Below, piece by piece: positions 28,830 through 38,700 of a DNA stretch of 64,000 nt. Positions within the stretch are counted from its first letter, which is position 1. Each line of letters opens with the position of its first letter. Source of the stretch: an uncultured Gammaproteobacteria bacterium (lineage in GTDB: Bacteria; Patescibacteriota; Patescibacteriia; UBA9934; CAMTUG01). The position numbers were made by a program, and so were the translations under genes. The notes under the pieces were generated by a model. The model was not told where the DNA came from. It ran no database searches and worked only from the letters and a program-made list of their open reading frames with translations. The stretch covers positions 3,128-67,127 of the forward strand of contig CAZPQJ010000007.1 of assembly GCA_964588955.1 (NCBI GenBank), given 5' to 3'.

Positions 28830-30044
28830 TCAATCTTTTTTCTTACTAATGCCTCCAAAAAGTTCCGTCAGGCGAGCGACGTACTTTTCCATCGCCAAGT
28901 CGGCGACGGTGGCGCGGATGGCGTCTGCAGTGGCAAAAAGATGATCTTTCTCCGCGTCAATGGTAGAGAGAGTAGAAAGCAAATCATTCTTGTCACCCGC
29001 CGCGAATAAAAAGCCATTCTCTCCTTCGCGAATCAATTCCGCCACTCCGCCAATATCTGCCGCTACTACAGGCAAACCAGACTGCAAAGCTTCATAAATC
29101 ACCGTTGGTGAGTTTTCATAGCACAATGAAGGCACGACTAAGGCATCGGAGATTTGAAAGAGCTTAACCAACTGATCCATCGCCAAAAAACCTACGTAGT
29201 TAAAACGACGATCTTGCTTAGCTGTCGATTGAATAAAGGCAGACAACGAACCCTCCCCGGCGATCGTGAGCTCGAACGGCACATGTGAAGCTTTGAGACT
29301 TTCGATCAAAAAACGGATACCCTTATGCTCTTCCAGCTGGCCAACAAACAACAAACGCATTGACCCCGTTGAACGAACAAGGCGCGGCAAATAGCGCGTA
29401 TGCGGAGCAGGATTCATCATCACCCGCACGTCGCTCTTTGGGAAAAAGCGTCGTGCTTGATAAAACTCTTGCAAGAATCGTGATGGCGAAAGTACCACCG
29501 TTGGCGAGCCCATCAACCAACGACAAATCCGGGTATACACCCCGCGCGCGAAACGAATACAACATCGCGACCGCTCACTGCCGGCAATAATCAGTCCACT
29601 GGGAACAGAAAGCTGCACGTCATGAACATGGTGCACGTGCGGCAATCCACACGAACGAATCGCTCGCGGAATCATCAGTCCAATCCCCTTCAAATTATTA
29701 GTCCACACAACATCGGGTTGAATTTCTTTCAACAAGCGTCGAACAACGATCGCATTGAAAGGATTGAACATGTCAATAATGTGCCACAGCAAACGCAAAG
29801 GCGCCGGATGTTTGTAATCGCGCAACGAGTGATAGAAATTAAGAGGATAGTAACGATAAATGCGCTCATTGGACTTTTCTTCTAGCCGTGGCACGAGCGT
29901 TTTCGTACCGCCATACGGACGCGTGGTGATCACGTGGATTTTGTGTCCGGACGCCAATAATTCCGTGACAATCCGGGTGAGAACAATTTCCGCGCCGCCG
30001 CGAAGATACGGTGGATATAAGTTAGTGATGATGACAATCTTCAT
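28830..30044 (-). CDS. Glycosyltransferase family 4
   Basis: GGAE, FVGQLEEHKG and PSLCYENSPTVIYEA motifs. Confidence 0.9.
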   Translation of the reverse strand: MKIVIITNLYPPYLRGGAEIVLTRIVTELLASGHKIHVITTRPYGGTKTLVPRLEEKSNERIYRYYPLNFYHSLRDYKHPAPLRLLWHIIDMFNPFNAIVVRRLLKEIQPDVVWTNNLKGIGLMIPRAIRSCGLPHVHHVHDVQLSVPSGLIIAGSERSRCCIRFARGVYTRICRWLMGSPTVVLSPSRFLQEFYQARRFFPKSDVRVMMNPAPHTRYLPRLVRSTGSMRLLFVGQLEEHKGIRFLIESLKASHVPFELTIAGEGSLSAFIQSTAKQDRRFNYVGFLAMDQLVKLFQISDALVVPSLCYENSPTVIYEALQSGLPVVAADIGGVAELIREGENGFLFAAGDKNDLLSTLSTIDAEKDHLFATADAIRATVADLAMEKYVARLTELFGGISKKKD

Positions 30045-31092
30045 ATACGGTGATTAATCGCTCCAGTAGTCGATCCCAGTCGTACTCCTCTACCACCCGC
30101 TTGCGCGCGTTAGCTCCCAGTTTCCCACAAAAGACCTCGTCATTCAACAACTGGTCGATGGCGCGGGTAAGCGCGGAAGCGTCGCCAGGTGGCACCAACA
30201 ATCCTGTCTGCCCATCTTTAACCACCGTGCGCACGCCGGGCAAATCCGAAGCGATGGTGGGAATACCGCTCGCCGCCGCTTCCAATGCCACCAACCCAAA
30301 TGCCTCAGCCGATGATGTTGAAGGAAAAAGATGCATCGTCGCCAAACGATAACATGTCGGCAGCTCTTCCGGTGAACGGCTACCAACAAAATGCACACGG
30401 TCAGAGGAGACAGATGCTTCAAAACCCGCTCGCAAATCTCCATCGCCGATAATCACTAGATGGGCGGAGAAAGAAGGAGAAAGAAGGAGAAACGATTGAA
30501 GAAGAGTAGGAACACCTTTAAAGGCATGAGCAGTATCAAGCCCGCCGACAAACACCAACACCGGAGCGTTCGCCGGGATCGCGAGTTGCGTTCGCAACAT
30601 GGCTTCTTCTCCCGTGGCCACGGGATGAAAACGACGAATATCTACACCGAACGGCAGTTCAACAAGACGCGCCAAACGACGGAAACGGCGCAACGCCGAA
30701 GCCGCGGCATAATCCAACGAACTGACCAAAATCTTTTTTGCCCGCAAAAGAATGAGCGGTTGAATCAAGGTGCGATGCAAGCGAAACACCAATCCTTTGA
30801 TTCCCCTTGCCCGCGCGTCCATGTGATAGGTCAGGACAATGGGTCGACGGCAAAAAAGCGCGACCTGTTCCGCTCCGCCATACAAGGGATAGTGCAAATG
30901 CACCACGTCAAACGCGTTCAAACGCCGCAATTGCTGCGGCGAAAAAAATCCGGCATTGCCAATCTTCCAGGCGGGCGTGAACACCTCCACCTCGTGCCCC
31001 AAGGCGCGTAAGCGTTCCGTATACTCGTAGGCGACCGAGCCCATCCCCCCGCGATACGGAGGATAAACCGGCGTGACCTGGGCAATCTTCAT
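30022..31092 (-). CDS. Glycosyltransferase family 4
   Basis: PYRGGM and EAFGLVALEA motifs; start MKIAQV. Confidence 0.9.
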   Translation of the reverse strand: MKIAQVTPVYPPYRGGMGSVAYEYTERLRALGHEVEVFTPAWKIGNAGFFSPQQLRRLNAFDVVHLHYPLYGGAEQVALFCRRPIVLTYHMDARARGIKGLVFRLHRTLIQPLILLRAKKILVSSLDYAAASALRRFRRLARLVELPFGVDIRRFHPVATGEEAMLRTQLAIPANAPVLVFVGGLDTAHAFKGVPTLLQSFLLLSPSFSAHLVIIGDGDLRAGFEASVSSDRVHFVGSRSPEELPTCYRLATMHLFPSTSSAEAFGLVALEAAASGIPTIASDLPGVRTVVKDGQTGLLVPPGDASALTRAIDQLLNDEVFCGKLGANARKRVVEEYDWDRLLERLITVYEDCHHH

Positions 31093-31096
31093 ACAA

Positions 31097-31435
31097 TTAT
31101 TTTTTCTCCGGCTCTTGCGCGCGATCAATCGCGATCTTGCGAACAAGTTCCGTCAACTCTTTGTGATGCTGGTCTTGCCGCGCGGCCAAACGAAAAATCG
31201 TATAAAACAACACCGGCAAAGAAATGTACACCATCAAATCCGCGCCGCGTCCCACCCCAACAAGCTGGGCAATGACGTCTGTTGTCTGTGGACTAAAGGC
31301 CACTAAAATAACCAGCGCCCAAAACACCATCCACAAAAGAAACCAGCCCGCGGCAACTTTTTGCGCGCGGTATTGTTTATAAATACGCACGATCACGATC
31401 ACGGCAAAGGCGATTAAAAAAAGCTTGAAGAGCAT
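31097..31435 (-). CDS. DUF2304 family membrane protein
   Basis: LVGVGRGADL and LTELVRKIAI motifs; adjacent to a GT2 gene. Confidence 0.8.
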   Translation of the reverse strand: MLFKLFLIAFAVIVIVRIYKQYRAQKVAAGWFLLWMVFWALVILVAFSPQTTDVIAQLVGVGRGADLMVYISLPVLFYTIFRLAARQDQHHKELTELVRKIAIDRAQEPEKK

Positions 31436-31440
31436 AGGTA

Positions 31441-32127
31441 TTAACGCAAAAATTTACCTTTCATAAAGTCATAGGCCACGCGAAAGGCCGCCGAAGTACT
31501 TTGACCTTGGGCGCGACTTTTGGCCAAAGTCTCCTGGGTATAACGAATAGTTACCGGTACCTCCTGATACCGCAACTTTTGAATAGCAATTTGATCGGGA
31601 ATTTCGGAGGCGTGAGCCATGCGATCAAGGGTAATGCGCACGCGCTCGGCAGCGGAGCGCGAGAAGGCGCGAAAGCCGCAATGCGTGTCCGTCAACCATA
31701 AGCCGGAGAACAAAAACGTAAACGCGGGAATCATGGCGTGCATCAACCGTCGGGCAAGCGGAATATTTTGTACCTCTCCTAAATAGCGCGAACCGAGGGT
31801 TACGTCTACCTTACCCGTGGCGATTGGTGTGATGATTGGTAAAATATCCGATCCTTGCATTTGGCCGTCGGCGTCAAAGTGAACAATAATATCAGCGGCG
31901 AGCTGGCGTAAAGCAAAATCGGTTCCGGTTTGCAAGGCTGCCCCTTGGCCGCGATTTACGACATGGGTTAGCACGTACGCCCCCGCTTGGCGTGCCTTCG
32001 CTCCCGTCGCATCGCGCGAACAATCGTCCACCACCACTACGGCGGAAACAAAGAGAGCGGCATCGCGAACCGAATCCGCAATCCGCTCCCCCTCATTGTA
32101 CGCGGGAATCACAGCCACTACCTTCAC
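31441..32127 (-). CDS. Glycosyltransferase family 2 (DPM1-like)
   Basis: IPAYNE, VVDDCS, NRGQGAA, DADGQ and DTHCGFR motifs. Confidence 0.9.
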   Translation of the reverse strand: MKVVAVIPAYNEGERIADSVRDAALFVSAVVVVDDCSRDATGAKARQAGAYVLTHVVNRGQGAALQTGTDFALRQLAADIIVHFDADGQMQGSDILPIITPIATGKVDVTLGSRYLGEVQNIPLARRLMHAMIPAFTFLFSGLWLTDTHCGFRAFSRSAAERVRITLDRMAHASEIPDQIAIQKLRYQEVPVTIRYTQETLAKSRAQGQSTSAAFRVAYDFMKGKFLR

Positions 32128-33140
32128 AGAGTCGTGAGTAAAATTTTATTAGCTTTGACGTATTCAATCGTTTTGCGCAAGCCATCTTCTAAGCGCACGA
32201 GCGGCAGCCAACCGAGCGCTTCGCGAGCGCGAGAAATGTTAGGAAGCCCGAGCGAGGTTAGAAAAAGCAACGCGGGTTCAAACGTAACCTGCGAGGTGGA
32301 GCCCACCATTGTCACAATCTGCCGAGCGACATCGGCAATCTTCACATCCACGTCGTTACCAATATTCACCACGCGCGTTTCCGGACCACTCCCCATTAAA
32401 CGCGTGAGACCGTCTACGCAATCACTCACGTACAACAACGAAGTAGAAAATTGTTCGTCGCCGTACACCACCAAATCTTTCTGATCAATGGCGTTTAAGA
32501 CAAAATCAGGAATCAAGTGACCGTCAAACAGTGGCATCCGCGGTCCGTAGACGCGGAAGATGCGAGCAATTTTCGTTTCAATGCCGTGCACTTGCGCGTA
32601 GGTTTCGAACATCGTTTCTGAAAAACGACGTCCTTCATCGTAACAAGCGCGCGGCGAAAGCTGATCAACCACGCCATTCATCTCTTCGGTAAACACCGTT
32701 CGTTCGGCACTGCGAGATCCGTACACAACCGCACTAGAGGCAAGAAGAATCTTGGCGCGATATTTTACCGCCAAATCCAGCACGGTTCGATTACCAACAC
32801 TGCTAGAAAGCAGTGTTTGCATTTTAAATTGATCGAACTTTTTGATGGATGTTGGGCAGGCTAAATGATAGATCTCTTGAATCCCTTGAAATTTGATTTG
32901 AAAATGAGCCAATTCCGGAAACGATTCCAAATGAATCGGTTCATTAACATCGAGACGCAAAAATTGAAAATCGGGACTCTGAAGCAATCCATTAATGTTC
33001 TGTTCATGCGAGGTGGCAAAGTTGTCGACGCAGATCACTCGATGGCCTTCACTTAACAAGCGCTCACACAAATGCGAGCCAATAAATCCGGCGCCGCCGG
33101 TTACCAAAATATTTTTTTTGCCTGATTCCAAGGTCGACAT
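32124..33140 (-). CDS. UDP-glucuronate decarboxylase-like extended SDR
   Basis: TGGAGFIG, YHLACP, CYDEG and RIF.VYGP motifs; several catalytic positions substituted. Confidence 0.8.
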   Translation of the reverse strand: MSTLESGKKNILVTGGAGFIGSHLCERLLSEGHRVICVDNFATSHEQNINGLLQSPDFQFLRLDVNEPIHLESFPELAHFQIKFQGIQEIYHLACPTSIKKFDQFKMQTLLSSSVGNRTVLDLAVKYRAKILLASSAVVYGSRSAERTVFTEEMNGVVDQLSPRACYDEGRRFSETMFETYAQVHGIETKIARIFRVYGPRMPLFDGHLIPDFVLNAIDQKDLVVYGDEQFSTSLLYVSDCVDGLTRLMGSGPETRVVNIGNDVDVKIADVARQIVTMVGSTSQVTFEPALLFLTSLGLPNISRAREALGWLPLVRLEDGLRKTIEYVKANKILLTTL

Positions 33141-33187
33141 ACGTGAAGTAGTTTAGCGCAAAAGAACGAACTTGTCATGCTCGGACT

Positions 33188-33381
33188 CCCCTCCCACGTC
33201 CGAGCCAGACGTTGTCCTTGAGCAGAAGGCCTAAAGGAACAACCCAACGGTTCGAGCTCAGAACAGCAGAGATCTACACGTTCAGTTATTATTTGTTGTG
33301 TTCGTTTGACTTTCCGTCCGTCGCTCGAACCGTTGGTCGGCTGTTCTGCTCTTCGGAGCAACGTCTGTCCCGTCCGTGTCC
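33188..33381 (-). repeat. Family-A long hairpin element, inverted copy
   Basis: Reverse complement matches both arms of copy 1, with a different loop. Confidence 0.85.
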
Positions 33382-33405
33382 GGGTCGCCCGAGCAATAGG
33401 CGACC

Positions 33406-33597
33406 CGAAGCGGACGGGGCGGAATGGGTTTGGTCAGATCACGCCGACCGAGATGTTCGAGCGGCAGGAGAAGATCTGTACAACACAGAACAATTTAATC
33501 TAATCTTTCAAACACCCCTATGCTGAGCAAGAACATCGAGGTTGTTTCTCTTGTAGGCCTGATCTGACCAACACAGACCGACCCGGGAGCGAGGGGC
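33406..33597 (+). repeat. Family-A element, divergent copy
   Basis: Same cgaagcggacgggg start and GCCGACC / GGTTGTTTCT..TAGGCC motifs, but stems replaced (tggtcagatca/tgatctgacca; gatgttc/gaacatc). Confidence 0.7.
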
Positions 33598-33599
33598 GC

Positions 33600-34775
33600 C
33601 TATTGCGTCAGCGTCAGCGTCGGTGTCGGGGTGGGTGTCGGGGTGGGTGTCGCAGCTAGCATCTGTTGCTCCGCCCAAGCAACTTCAAGCTCACGACCCA
33701 TAATGAGCGCTCGCTCGGCGTTCAAGCGCCCGGCGCCCATTTGTCCAGCGTATTTTGTTCCACGCACGTTCAGCGGATCAACAGAAAGTTTGATCACTGT
33801 TTGAATTTGTTCCACGGTTAATTCAGGAAAACCCCCTTTAATAAGCGCGGCCACAGCCGTCACCTGCGGGGCGGCAACCGAAGTGCCTTCGTACGGTCCG
33901 TTATAGGCCTCGCCAAACGTAGGATCTTTAGGGCGGTATTCCACCGAACTGTAAACCCCTGTTCCCGGCGCCGTTACATCAGTGCAATCAGAACCGTAGT
34001 TAGAAAAATCCGCTTTAGCATCGTCTTCATCACTCGCAGCCACGCCCAACACCCAATCTTCCAAAGGTGTCCCCATACACACCGGATAAATCGGCGTGTC
34101 ATTCATGTCGACTCCCCCACCGTCTTCATTGCCAACCGCGGCCACAATCACCACCCCTTGGCGATAGGCGTCGCGAATCGCCCGCTCAAAATTCGCATCA
34201 AAGGTGTAACTGGCAAAGCTCATGTTAATAACATTCGCGCCTTGTTCCACGGCATAACGCACGCCAGAAGCTGCGTCGCGTTCGTTGCCAGCCCCCAAAC
34301 CATCCAGCACCCGCACCGGCATAATCTGCGCGCGCCAGTTGATCCCAGCTATTCCTTGACTATTATTGGTTTCCGCGGCGATGATTCCAGAAACAGCCGT
34401 GCCATGATTGATGGCGTCTACATACAATCCGTGGTCGTTATCTGGATGCGGGTCGTTATCGTTCCCCACAAAATCCCAACCATGAACGTCGTCGATAAAG
34501 CCATTGCCGTCGTTATCGATGCCGTCACCAGCGGTCTCGCCACTGTTGCTCCAAATCTTATTTTCTAAATCTGGATGATCAATATCCACGCCGCTGTCGA
34601 TTACCGCAATCACCACATCGCGATTACCAACCGTAATGTCCCACGCCGACTGCGCCGAAATTTGACGCAAGTACCATTGAGAATCTTTGGCCAAGGGATC
34701 ATTCGGCTCGCGCGCGTACGCTGGAGCGGCCGCAAGGCTACCAATAAGGGCGATGATCAAAAAAAACTTCTTCAC
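33600..34775 (-). CDS. Secreted S8 subtilisin-family peptidase
   Basis: Signal peptide; triad motifs VIDSG, HGT and GTSVAAP; PT-repeat tail. Confidence 0.92.
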   Translation of the reverse strand: MKKFFLIIALIGSLAAAPAYAREPNDPLAKDSQWYLRQISAQSAWDITVGNRDVVIAVIDSGVDIDHPDLENKIWSNSGETAGDGIDNDGNGFIDDVHGWDFVGNDNDPHPDNDHGLYVDAINHGTAVSGIIAAETNNSQGIAGINWRAQIMPVRVLDGLGAGNERDAASGVRYAVEQGANVINMSFASYTFDANFERAIRDAYRQGVVIVAAVGNEDGGGVDMNDTPIYPVCMGTPLEDWVLGVAASDEDDAKADFSNYGSDCTDVTAPGTGVYSSVEYRPKDPTFGEAYNGPYEGTSVAAPQVTAVAALIKGGFPELTVEQIQTVIKLSVDPLNVRGTKYAGQMGAGRLNAERALIMGRELEVAWAEQQMLAATPTPTPTPTPTLTLTQ

Positions 34776-35464
34776 AGCGCCATGGTTTTTCGCAACTCTT
34801 CTTTAATCTCCTCTGAATCCGGTGCCAACACCGCCGCTTGGCGATAAGCCGAAAGCGCTTGATCAATATCGCCTTGGGCCACGTATAGTCGCCCCAATTT
34901 CACGTAGAACGAAGAACTTTCTGGATTATCAATCAATGCTTGCTTCAAAAGGGGGATCAACTGATCCGCGCGATCATCCATGCGATAGCCTGTGTAGTAA
35001 CGATACAGCTTGTTGTAAGCAATTTCTGAAGGATCCTGTTCAATAGCTTTTTTATAATAATCTTCTGCTGCCATCGGGTCGCCCATATCGATCACAATGT
35101 CGCCCATATTATTCCAGGCGGTTTCGTTACCAGGATCCCCTGACGTTACTACAGTGTAATCAGCAAAGGCCAGCTGCAACTTGCCCAAACGTTGGTAGGC
35201 GTTGGCGCGCAAAAAGTACAAATCAAGAGCGTAAGCTCCTGCCGCTTCTTTGTCCGTAATCTGGGTGGTCAAATCCGCCACGGTTTGTTCAAACTCCGCT
35301 CGCTTATCGTCTGGCAAATTGACTTCGATTTCACTCAAGCGCTCCACCGGAGGCGGCGTTGGCACCGGCTCAGACGGCTTTAAGACAAAGAGATATGCTA
35401 CCGCCCCAGCAGCGAGAATCAACGACACGAACACGATTAACAGAGAAGGTTTGGATTGAGACAT
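34772..35464 (-). CDS. Membrane-anchored TPR protein
   Basis: Start placed at MSQSKPS; TM helix followed by TPR motifs (AWNNMG, AEDYYKKAIEQDP). Confidence 0.8.
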   Translation of the reverse strand: MSQSKPSLLIVFVSLILAAGAVAYLFVLKPSEPVPTPPPVERLSEIEVNLPDDKRAEFEQTVADLTTQITDKEAAGAYALDLYFLRANAYQRLGKLQLAFADYTVVTSGDPGNETAWNNMGDIVIDMGDPMAAEDYYKKAIEQDPSEIAYNKLYRYYTGYRMDDRADQLIPLLKQALIDNPESSSFYVKLGRLYVAQGDIDQALSAYRQAAVLAPDSEEIKEELRKTMAL

Positions 35465-35484
35465 AGCAATAGTCTTTTTTATCG

Positions 35485-35611
35485 AGAATCTTTTTAAAAT
35501 TGATGGATTTTCGTTGAACGGGCTGTTGAGCTCGGGAGACGTATGGATATATACGTCGAGCGAGTCAACGGGCGCCCGTGAGACGAAAAGACGCAATTTT
35601 AAAGAGATTCT
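35485..35611. repeat. Family-B long palindromic element, copy 3
   Basis: Outer agaatctttttaaaattg/caattttaaagagattct; apical CGTAT-ggatat-ATACG; shares tttcgttgaacggg with copy 1. Confidence 0.75.
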
Positions 35612-35620
35612 AGTATAGCA

Positions 35621-35655
35621 AAACCAAACACCTCCTGCCAATGGCAGGAGGTGTG
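35621..35655 (-). terminator. Intrinsic terminator downstream of the S-layer-like gene
   Basis: acacctcctgcca-a-tggcaggaggtgt inverted repeat with a T-rich tail on the minus strand. Confidence 0.65.
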
Positions 35656-35783
35656 AGGTAGGCGCAGTGACGACCCGCCCGAAGGCAAGATGGTGTACGC
35701 CAAGGTTTGTGCTGCCTGTGGACCAGAGCACCCGAGAGCGCGCCGGAGACAGAACAGCGATTCAGGATCCGGTACTCGTTTAA

Positions 35784-38700
35784 CTAGTAAACGAGGGTTC
35801 CACCCGTGAGCGGCAACGACTTGACGTAGGTACCGTCAACATCTGTGCCCTGGGTGTCATCATCCCAGATGATCGATCCATCCGGATCCGTACCGGCGTT
35901 GGTAGACACTTCGCTGTCGCGTGGGATGTCGAAGCGCACCGTGTCGTCGTCGCTCGAGCTTGCGCCCGTGGTGTCGACGTACAAGGAGTAGGTTTCGGTT
36001 GCACCCGCGGCGATTTCAACGGAGGTGGTGAGGTCCATAACGATGTACGTTACGACTTCATCCGCGCCACAAGAAGCGCCAGTGGAATCAAGGAAGGTCC
36101 AGTCACCATCCACGTCGAGGTCGTCAGACAAATCGTCGTAGTTGTAGAACGAGAAGTCTGCAGCCGCGAGCGCTGGAGAGGCGTCACATTGGTTCCAGTC
36201 TGGATCCGCTTCACCGTTGTTGTCGGTCGAAGTCATCTTGAAGGTCAACTCGTCGAGAGTCACGTAACCGTGAGAATCGGCGGCGATGTTCAAGCGGAGC
36301 ACTTCGTCCAAGCCTGGGATAGCCGAGCCAGACGGAGAACCACTTGCGCGGCTCAACGTTGGCTTGGTCTTGCGCAATTCGAAGGTGTCGGCGGTCTGGT
36401 CAGTACCAGAGTCAACAGTGGTCGTACCGGAGCTCACGCCTGTGTAAGACGTGGTGTCGGCATCGATACCGATGACCAAGGTGTCGCCAGAGGCGGCGCC
36501 AGAAGCTGAAACGGTGCTGGTGTCAACAGTAACGGTCAGGTCGGCCGTACCGTCAACAGGCACGAACATATCGAGACCTTCGAAGGTCGCGACGCCGCTG
36601 GAGAACACGGAGCTGGAGGTCTTGGTTTGACCGTCCTCATCTTCGTAGCTCACCGAAACGGAGTCAGCAGCTTCGTCAGCGCCGGCGTTGGTGATGTTTA
36701 CGGTGTCCACGATGAAGGACTCCGTAGCGGCGGTGAAGCGGAAGACACCAACCTCAACGTCGGAGCTGCCTCCAATGATGATGGTCGAGTCTGGGCTGTC
36801 AGAGCCGAGAGCGGTGGTCAAGGTACCGTTGGCAACCACACCAACTTCGATGGTGTCAGCAGTGTTACCGTCGGTCAAGGTGATCGAAGAACCAGTCAAC
36901 TGGTCTCCGTCTTCGTCTTCGGCGACGATATCGCCAACAACGGCGATTTCAACCGCGTACTCGTCTGGGGTAGCAACCACGGAAAGGTTGGCGAGGTCAC
37001 AAGTGACCGTCAACTTCTCGGTGCTGCCGGCAGGAATGGTCCAGTCAAAGCCGTCGAAGCTGACGTCGGCGCTAGAATCCGGAGATTCTGGGCCGTCGAC
37101 CAACTCACCGTCGGCGTTGTAGATGGAGCAAGAAGTGATGCGATCGTCTGCAGCGAGGGCAGAGATATCACCAGCCTCATCGAAGGTGTCATCACCGTCA
37201 GAGTCCACCAAAATGTGGAAGTCAGCGGTGGTAACCGTAATGTCGGAAGCTTCACCAGCGGCGAAGGAGAATCCGACCATGTCCACGTCTTGAGAGCCCT
37301 TCACCACCGTGGCGGAAGACGGTGATCCAGCCAAGTTGATGGTCAAAGAAGCGTCGTTCAAAACCATGGCGTTACCGTTCAAGTCAGCGTTCGGAACGAT
37401 GTCGGTTCCGACCACAAGGTTGTTACCTTGGGCGTCCTCGGCGTCGGTCGCGCTGCTGTCCATGACAGCGGTAATAGTGTCATCAGCGGCGGCGTCTCCG
37501 GTGTCAATGATGTCGGTCACCAAAGACAAGTCCCAAGAGTCACCGGCAGCGATGTCGAACTCGTCACTGAAGACGAGGGTCTGGGTGTTGTCGCCAATCG
37601 TGGCCAACTCTTCTGGCCCCATCAAGGTCGAGCCATCTTCCTTAACGATGCGGAAGTTCTCGAAGTTGAAGTCGGTACCGTCGTCAGCATCGGTCATGGT
37701 CAAGTCAAAGTTCAAGGAGTTCACGGTGGCGTCGTTCTGAGACGTCAAGGTGAAGTTGAAAATGGCTTGATCATCGCCACCAATCTGAAGATCCGTGGCA
37801 GCGGAAGGACCGTTGAAGGCAAAGGTAAGTTTGCCACCGATGATGTTCACAAAGGAACATTCATCGCCGGAAGTAGCACAAGCGGCACCGTCATCGCCCA
37901 TGTTGTTGGTGACTTGCATGCCGAAGCCGAAGTCGCCACCAATGGCGGTAAGGTCCGAGTTCTCTTCCAAAGCGGTCGCGATGGTGTCGTTCGGGTCGCC
38001 GCCGATCTTGGCGGTCACCTTGAAGGTCTTGGTGTTGCCGTCGAGAACAGTGTAGGCGTCGTCGAAGGTGAAGAGCACCAAGTCGTTGCCGATGGATTCA
38101 CCGTCAGCGATCTTGGTTGAGCTCTGCCACAATTCGTACTCGTCGTGATCTTCCGCTTTGTCGACGTTCAACGTAAGCGATTCGATCATGGCGTCCTCGT
38201 TGTTGGCGTCGATGGTAAAACGAGCGATTTCCGCACCTTCCTCACCGATGGTGACATCGGAGAGAGAACCGGTTTCGTCAATCGTCACGGTACCAACTTC
38301 AGCGCCGTCAGTGAGGGTGTTCCATTCGCTGGAAACCGGGAAGTCGCCGTTCACGGATTCAGCTGTAGAGGTCACAGCATCTTCGCTTTCGATTTCGAAA
38401 GCAACGGAAGCGGTGCTCAAATCAGCGTCAACCGTGGTGACGTCACCAGTCAACCAAACCGTTTCGGTGTCGCCATCAGCAACCTCGATTCCGAGGCTGG
38501 AGAAGGTCACGTCGCGGGTGGTGGAGTTGATGCTCTTTCCGTTGGTCAAGCGTTGGCCATTCCAGTACACGTACAGGTTGGCAAACACATCGACGCTAGC
38601 CACACCGGTGAAGTGGAAAGCAAGGTTGCTGACGGTCACGTCAGAACCACTGGCTTCCAAATCAACAGCCATAAGCTGAACGTTGGTGGCGCTCAACGGA

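Noticed and set aside
15641-33597. Family-A hairpins as integron attC sites
   Set aside because: Only one R box fits (GTTGGGT/ACCCAAC), pairing extends well beyond it, the divergent copy lacks it, the copies do not punctuate a cassette array, and no integrase is present.
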